This document shows, one piece after another, positions 60,414-64,000 of a DNA stretch of 64,000 bases. Each line of letters starts with the position of its first letter. The stretch's first letter is position 1. Source of the stretch: Deltaproteobacteria bacterium. Its GTDB lineage: Bacteria > Desulfobacterota > JBBIRW01. Location: the NCBI GenBank assembly GCA_037441565.1, contig JBBIRW010000006.1, positions 71,441 to 135,440 on the forward strand. Direction: 5' to 3'. A model generated the notes under the pieces. That model had not been told where the DNA came from. It saw only the letters and a program-made list of their open reading frames with translations, and ran no database searches. The translations under genes and the position numbers were made by a program.

Positions 60414-61118
60414 TTGTTACAGGTTTCATTGATTCTCGTTGCTGCCGGTAAAGGAAACAGAATGGGAGCAACAAAAAAGCAGTTTCTTCCTCTTGGGGAG
60501 CTTCCACTCTATATTCACTCGCTCAGGATATTCGATAGATGCGGATTAATTAACGATGGAGTTATTGTTGTTCCTGAGGAGGATAGGGAAAGGGTATCCG
60601 GAGAGATCTCGGGTCTGGATCTGAAGAAGGATTACCTGGTTGTCAGTGGAGGTATTCGAAGGCAAGATTCTGTGAGAATGGGGTTGCATGCAATTTCATC
60701 AGATATTGTTGTAATCCATGATGCAGTAAGACCCTTTGTTTTTGAAAAGATGATAGAGGATTGCGTGATGGAGGCGAAGAAGGAAGGTGCAGCAGTAGTT
60801 GCAATACCATCTGTTGATAGTCTTAAGGAGATTTCAGAGGATCTATATATCTGTGCTTCAGTACCGAGGGATAAGATATGGCATGCTCAGACTCCCCAGG
60901 CATTCAGATATACCATGCTTAAAATGGCAATGGAATATGCGGAAAAAAATTACCTCAACTTCTCCGACGAGGCATCTCTCTTCACACATCTTGGTATAAA
61001 GGTGAAGGTTGTTCCTGGTTCTTCCTTGAATATGAAAATCACAACTGAGAGTGATTACATAATTGCAAGGGCAGTATACGGAAGCATGATAAAAGATGAG
61101 AATTGGAATAGGGTTTGA
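60414..61118 (+). CDS. ispD: MEP cytidylyltransferase
   Basis: AAGKGNRM, KQFL, RQDSV, IHDAVRP, QTPQAF, NMKITT. Confidence 0.93.
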   Translation: MLQVSLILVAAGKGNRMGATKKQFLPLGELPLYIHSLRIFDRCGLINDGVIVVPEEDRERVSGEISGLDLKKDYLVVSGGIRRQDSVRMGLHAISSDIVVIHDAVRPFVFEKMIEDCVMEAKKEGAAVVAIPSVDSLKEISEDLYICASVPRDKIWHAQTPQAFRYTMLKMAMEYAEKNYLNFSDEASLFTHLGIKVKVVPGSSLNMKITTESDYIIARAVYGSMIKDENWNRV

Positions 61119-61578
61119 TGCTCACCAGCTGGTTCCCAACAGGAAATTAATCCTTGGTGGTGTAGAGATTCCTTTTGAAAAAGGGCTTCAGGGACATTCC
61201 GATGCTGATGTGCTTGTTCATGCCATATGTGATGCACTTCTTGGTTCAATGGGAAAGACTGACATAGGGCATCATTTTCCTGATGATGATCCATCATTTA
61301 AGGATGCCTCAAGTCTGGGTTTCCTCTTGAGAATAGGAAGGATGGTGGGGCAAGAAGGGATGGAGATTATAAACATAGATAGCACCATAGTGGCGGAGAA
61401 GCCGAAGCTAAGGGAATATATACCAAAGATGATAGAGAATCTTGCAGAGGTGCTATGTATTGATAGAAGAAGAATAAATATAAAGGCAAAGACAACAGAA
61501 GGGCTCGGATTTACGGGAAGAGGAGAGGGCATTGCAGCTTATGCTGTTGCACTTATAAGGGATAAGAAGGAAGATTGA
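61096..61578 (+). CDS. ispF: MEcPP synthase
   Basis: RIGIGFDAH, GHSDADV, DIGHHFP, KAKTTEGLG. Confidence 0.95.
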   Translation: MRIGIGFDAHQLVPNRKLILGGVEIPFEKGLQGHSDADVLVHAICDALLGSMGKTDIGHHFPDDDPSFKDASSLGFLLRIGRMVGQEGMEIINIDSTIVAEKPKLREYIPKMIENLAEVLCIDRRRINIKAKTTEGLGFTGRGEGIAAYAVALIRDKKED

Positions 61579-61588
61579 GGAGAAAATT

Positions 61589-63085
61589 ATGGGCTTGAGG
61601 GTTTTCAATACATTGACAAAAAAGAAAGAGGAATTTGTTCCGCTCGAGAAAAATAGGGTAAGGATATATGTTTGCGGCGTTACTGTGTATGATCTCTGCC
61701 ATATAGGTCATGCAAGGTCCGCAATCGTTTTTGATGTAATATACAGGTATCTTAAATTTATTGGTTATGATGTTGTATTTGTGAAGAATTTCACTGATAT
61801 TGATGACAAGATAATAAACAGGGCAAACCAGGAAGGAACAAAATGTGAAGAAATAGCTGAGAGATACATCAGGGAATATTATGAGGATATGGATGGGCTT
61901 GGTCTCATGAGGCCCACATATGAACCAAGGGCAACCCAGTATATTCAGGAGATGATAAAGATTATAGAAAAACTTATTGAGAAGGGATTTGCCTATGTTG
62001 TTGATGGAAACGTTTATTTTCGTGTGGAGAAATTCAGTCCCTATGGAAAACTATCGGGAAAAAGACTGGATGAACTTATTGTCGGGGCAAGGGTGGAGGT
62101 AGAGGAGGGAAAGGAGAACCCCCTCGATTTTGCGCTCTGGAAGAGGAGTAAACCGGATGAACCGTGGTGGGATTCTCCATGGGGAAAGGGCAGACCTGGA
62201 TGGCATATTGAATGTTCTGCAATGGGATTGACTCTTCTTGGAGAAACATTTGATATCCATGGTGGTGGAATGGACCTTATCTTTCCTCATCATGAGAACG
62301 AGATAGCACAGTCAGAGGCAACAACAGGGAAGCACTTCGTGAGATACTGGCTTCATAACGGTTTTGTCAATATAAGAAAGGAGAAGATGTCCAAATCCCT
62401 TGGAAATATTGTAACGATAAAGGAGATCCTTTCCATCTATCATCCGGAGGTTGTTCGAAGCTTCATCCTTTCAAGTCATTACAGAAACCCCATCGATTAT
62501 ACTCCTGATGCAATGGAGGAGCACGCAAAGAGTCTGGAAAGATTCTATTCGACGATGAAGGTTGTAAATAGCCTGATAGAAGAGCAGCCCGAGGAAGAGC
62601 ATGACAATGGTTTCACAGAGGAGGCGAGGGAAGCATCGGAAAAGCTGAGTATGCTTGTTGAAAAATTCAGGAATGCGATGGATGATGATTTCAATACAGC
62701 TCAGGCAATAGGATATATACATGATGCGGTTAGATCCCTAAATAGATGGATCAATGCATCCTCTTTCAGGTTAACAGATAAAGTACGTTCAATCCTTAAA
62801 ATGGGAAAGGAGAATATAAGAAAGGTTGGAAATGTGCTCGGCATCTTCATATCTGACCCTGAAGTGTATCTTGAGGATTTGAAAAACAGGGAATTAAAAA
62901 GAAGGGGGCTCTCAAGGGAGGAGATCGAAAGATTGATAGAAGAGAGGATGAGAGCAAGGAAGGCCCGACAGTTTGATAAAGCAGACAGTATAAGGGAAGA
63001 TCTCCTTAATAAGGGGGTTATTCTGGAAGATACACCCAGGGGGACGATCTGGCGCATAAAGCTTACATCTGAGGACAAAACCTGA
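61589..63085 (+). CDS. cysS: Cysteine--tRNA ligase
   Basis: YVCGVTVY, HIGH, GRPGWHIECS, KMSKSLGN. Confidence 0.97.
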   Translation: MGLRVFNTLTKKKEEFVPLEKNRVRIYVCGVTVYDLCHIGHARSAIVFDVIYRYLKFIGYDVVFVKNFTDIDDKIINRANQEGTKCEEIAERYIREYYEDMDGLGLMRPTYEPRATQYIQEMIKIIEKLIEKGFAYVVDGNVYFRVEKFSPYGKLSGKRLDELIVGARVEVEEGKENPLDFALWKRSKPDEPWWDSPWGKGRPGWHIECSAMGLTLLGETFDIHGGGMDLIFPHHENEIAQSEATTGKHFVRYWLHNGFVNIRKEKMSKSLGNIVTIKEILSIYHPEVVRSFILSSHYRNPIDYTPDAMEEHAKSLERFYSTMKVVNSLIEEQPEEEHDNGFTEEAREASEKLSMLVEKFRNAMDDDFNTAQAIGYIHDAVRSLNRWINASSFRLTDKVRSILKMGKENIRKVGNVLGIFISDPEVYLEDLKNRELKRRGLSREEIERLIEERMRARKARQFDKADSIREDLLNKGVILEDTPRGTIWRIKLTSEDKT

Positions 63086-63094
63086 TATAAATCC

Positions 63095-64000
63095 ATGGAT
63101 AGATTCAAGCTTATCAGTGATTTAAAACCAAGGGGTGATCAGCCTGAAGCAATATCACTCCTTGTGAGTGGCATCCTCGATGGTTTAAAACATCAGGTTC
63201 TTCTTGGTGTAACAGGAAGTGGAAAGACATATACTATGGCATGTGTGATTGAGAAACTAAACAGACCGACACTTGTCATATCTCATAACAAAACGCTTGC
63301 AGCCCAGCTTTATGGTGAATTTAAGAGTTTCTTTCCTTACAATGCTGTTGAGTATTTTGTGAGTTATTATGATTACTACCAGCCAGAGGCATATGTTCCA
63401 CAAACAGATACATACATAGAAAAGGACGCTTCTATAAATGATGCAATCGACAAAATGCGCCATTCTGCAACTCGCTCTCTCCTCGAAAGAAGGGATGTTA
63501 TAATTGTTGCAAGTGTTTCATGCATTTATGGGCTTGGAGAGCCCGATGTTTACTACGATATGTCAATCAAGTTAAGAGAAGGAGACAGGATAAGCAGGGA
63601 GGAAATTCTCGAAAGACTTGTTGAGATTCAGTATGAAAGGAAGGATTATGACTTCCACAGGGGAACATTCCGCGTAAGGGGTGATGTGGTTGAGGTTTTC
63701 CCGTCGCATGAAGAAAATGCTGCATTGAGGATAGAACTTTCCGACGAAACTGTTGAAACAATATGGGAGTTTGATCCTGTAAGGGGGAAGAAAAGAGGGA
63801 GGCTAAGAAAGGTGATAATTTATCCTGCAAGCCATTATGTGACCCCGAGGAATTGGTTAAAGATTGCGATAGAAAATATTAGAAAAGAGCTTTATGAGAG
63901 GGTTCAGGAACTGAAAAGACAGAATAAAGTTCTCGAAGCAGAGCGCCTCGAGCAGAGAACCCTTTTTGATCTCGAGTTGCTTGAGGAGATGGGTTACTGC
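63095..64000 (+). CDS. uvrB: Excinuclease ABC subunit B (runs off window end)
   Basis: MDRFKL...[49 protein letters not shown]. Confidence 0.95.
   Translation, partial: MDRFKLISDLKPRGDQPEAISLLVSGILDGLKHQVLLGVTGSGKTYTMACVIEKLNRPTLVISHNKTLAAQLYGEFKSFFPYNAVEYFVSYYDYYQPEAYVPQTDTYIEKDASINDAIDKMRHSATRSLLERRDVIIVASVSCIYGLGEPDVYYDMSIKLREGDRISREEILERLVEIQYERKDYDFHRGTFRVRGDVVEVFPSHEENAALRIELSDETVETIWEFDPVRGKKRGRLRKVIIYPASHYVTPRNWLKIAIENIRKELYERVQELKRQNKVLEAERLEQRTLFDLELLEEMGYC

Noticed and set aside
1-64000. Transposases, integrases, prophage genes, rRNA or riboswitches
   Set aside because: None recognised by eye; a covariance-model scan would be needed to exclude small RNAs.

Overview
Bacterial chromosomal window, AT-rich and gene-dense. 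Gene content (RomR-like receiver beside valS, MglA-like GTPase, carD-PIN/TRAM-ispDF-cysS, FadF-like ETF oxidoreductase) suggests an anaerobic deltaproteobacterium/Desulfobacterota-like organism; this is inference. Housekeeping blocks: etfA, FAD-linked oxidase, PCC subunits, methylmalonyl-CoA mutase, hpt, MlaEFD, valS-nadC-birA-coaX-fusA2, carD-ispDF-cysS-uvrB and tRNA-Leu(CAG). Main finding: an ~18 kb, 26-gene co-oriented minus-strand sulfur cluster (39244-57235). It joins sulfate uptake and activation (DASS, Sat, short AprAB), a thiocarboxylate cysteine-synthesis module (MoaD/CysO-like carrier, two MoeB, JAB peptidase, CysM, ThrC-like, NIL), two DsrEFH sets, two TusA, an unusual Cx8Cx2C radical SAM protein and a LipS1/LipS2/ligase/lipoyl-carrier set. 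It contains no sulfite reductase, DsrC, Qmo or sHdr genes, making it a candidate undescribed lipoate-mediated sulfate-assimilation/sulfur-relay system. Second highlight: an accessory segment beside tRNA-Leu with an ArsR-rhodanese regulator (perfect 20-bp operator palindrome), a broken MFS gene and a heme-copper enzyme with Asn in place of the cross-link Tyr (sNOR-like NO reductase) plus SCO. All calls come from motif reading only; no database searches were run.
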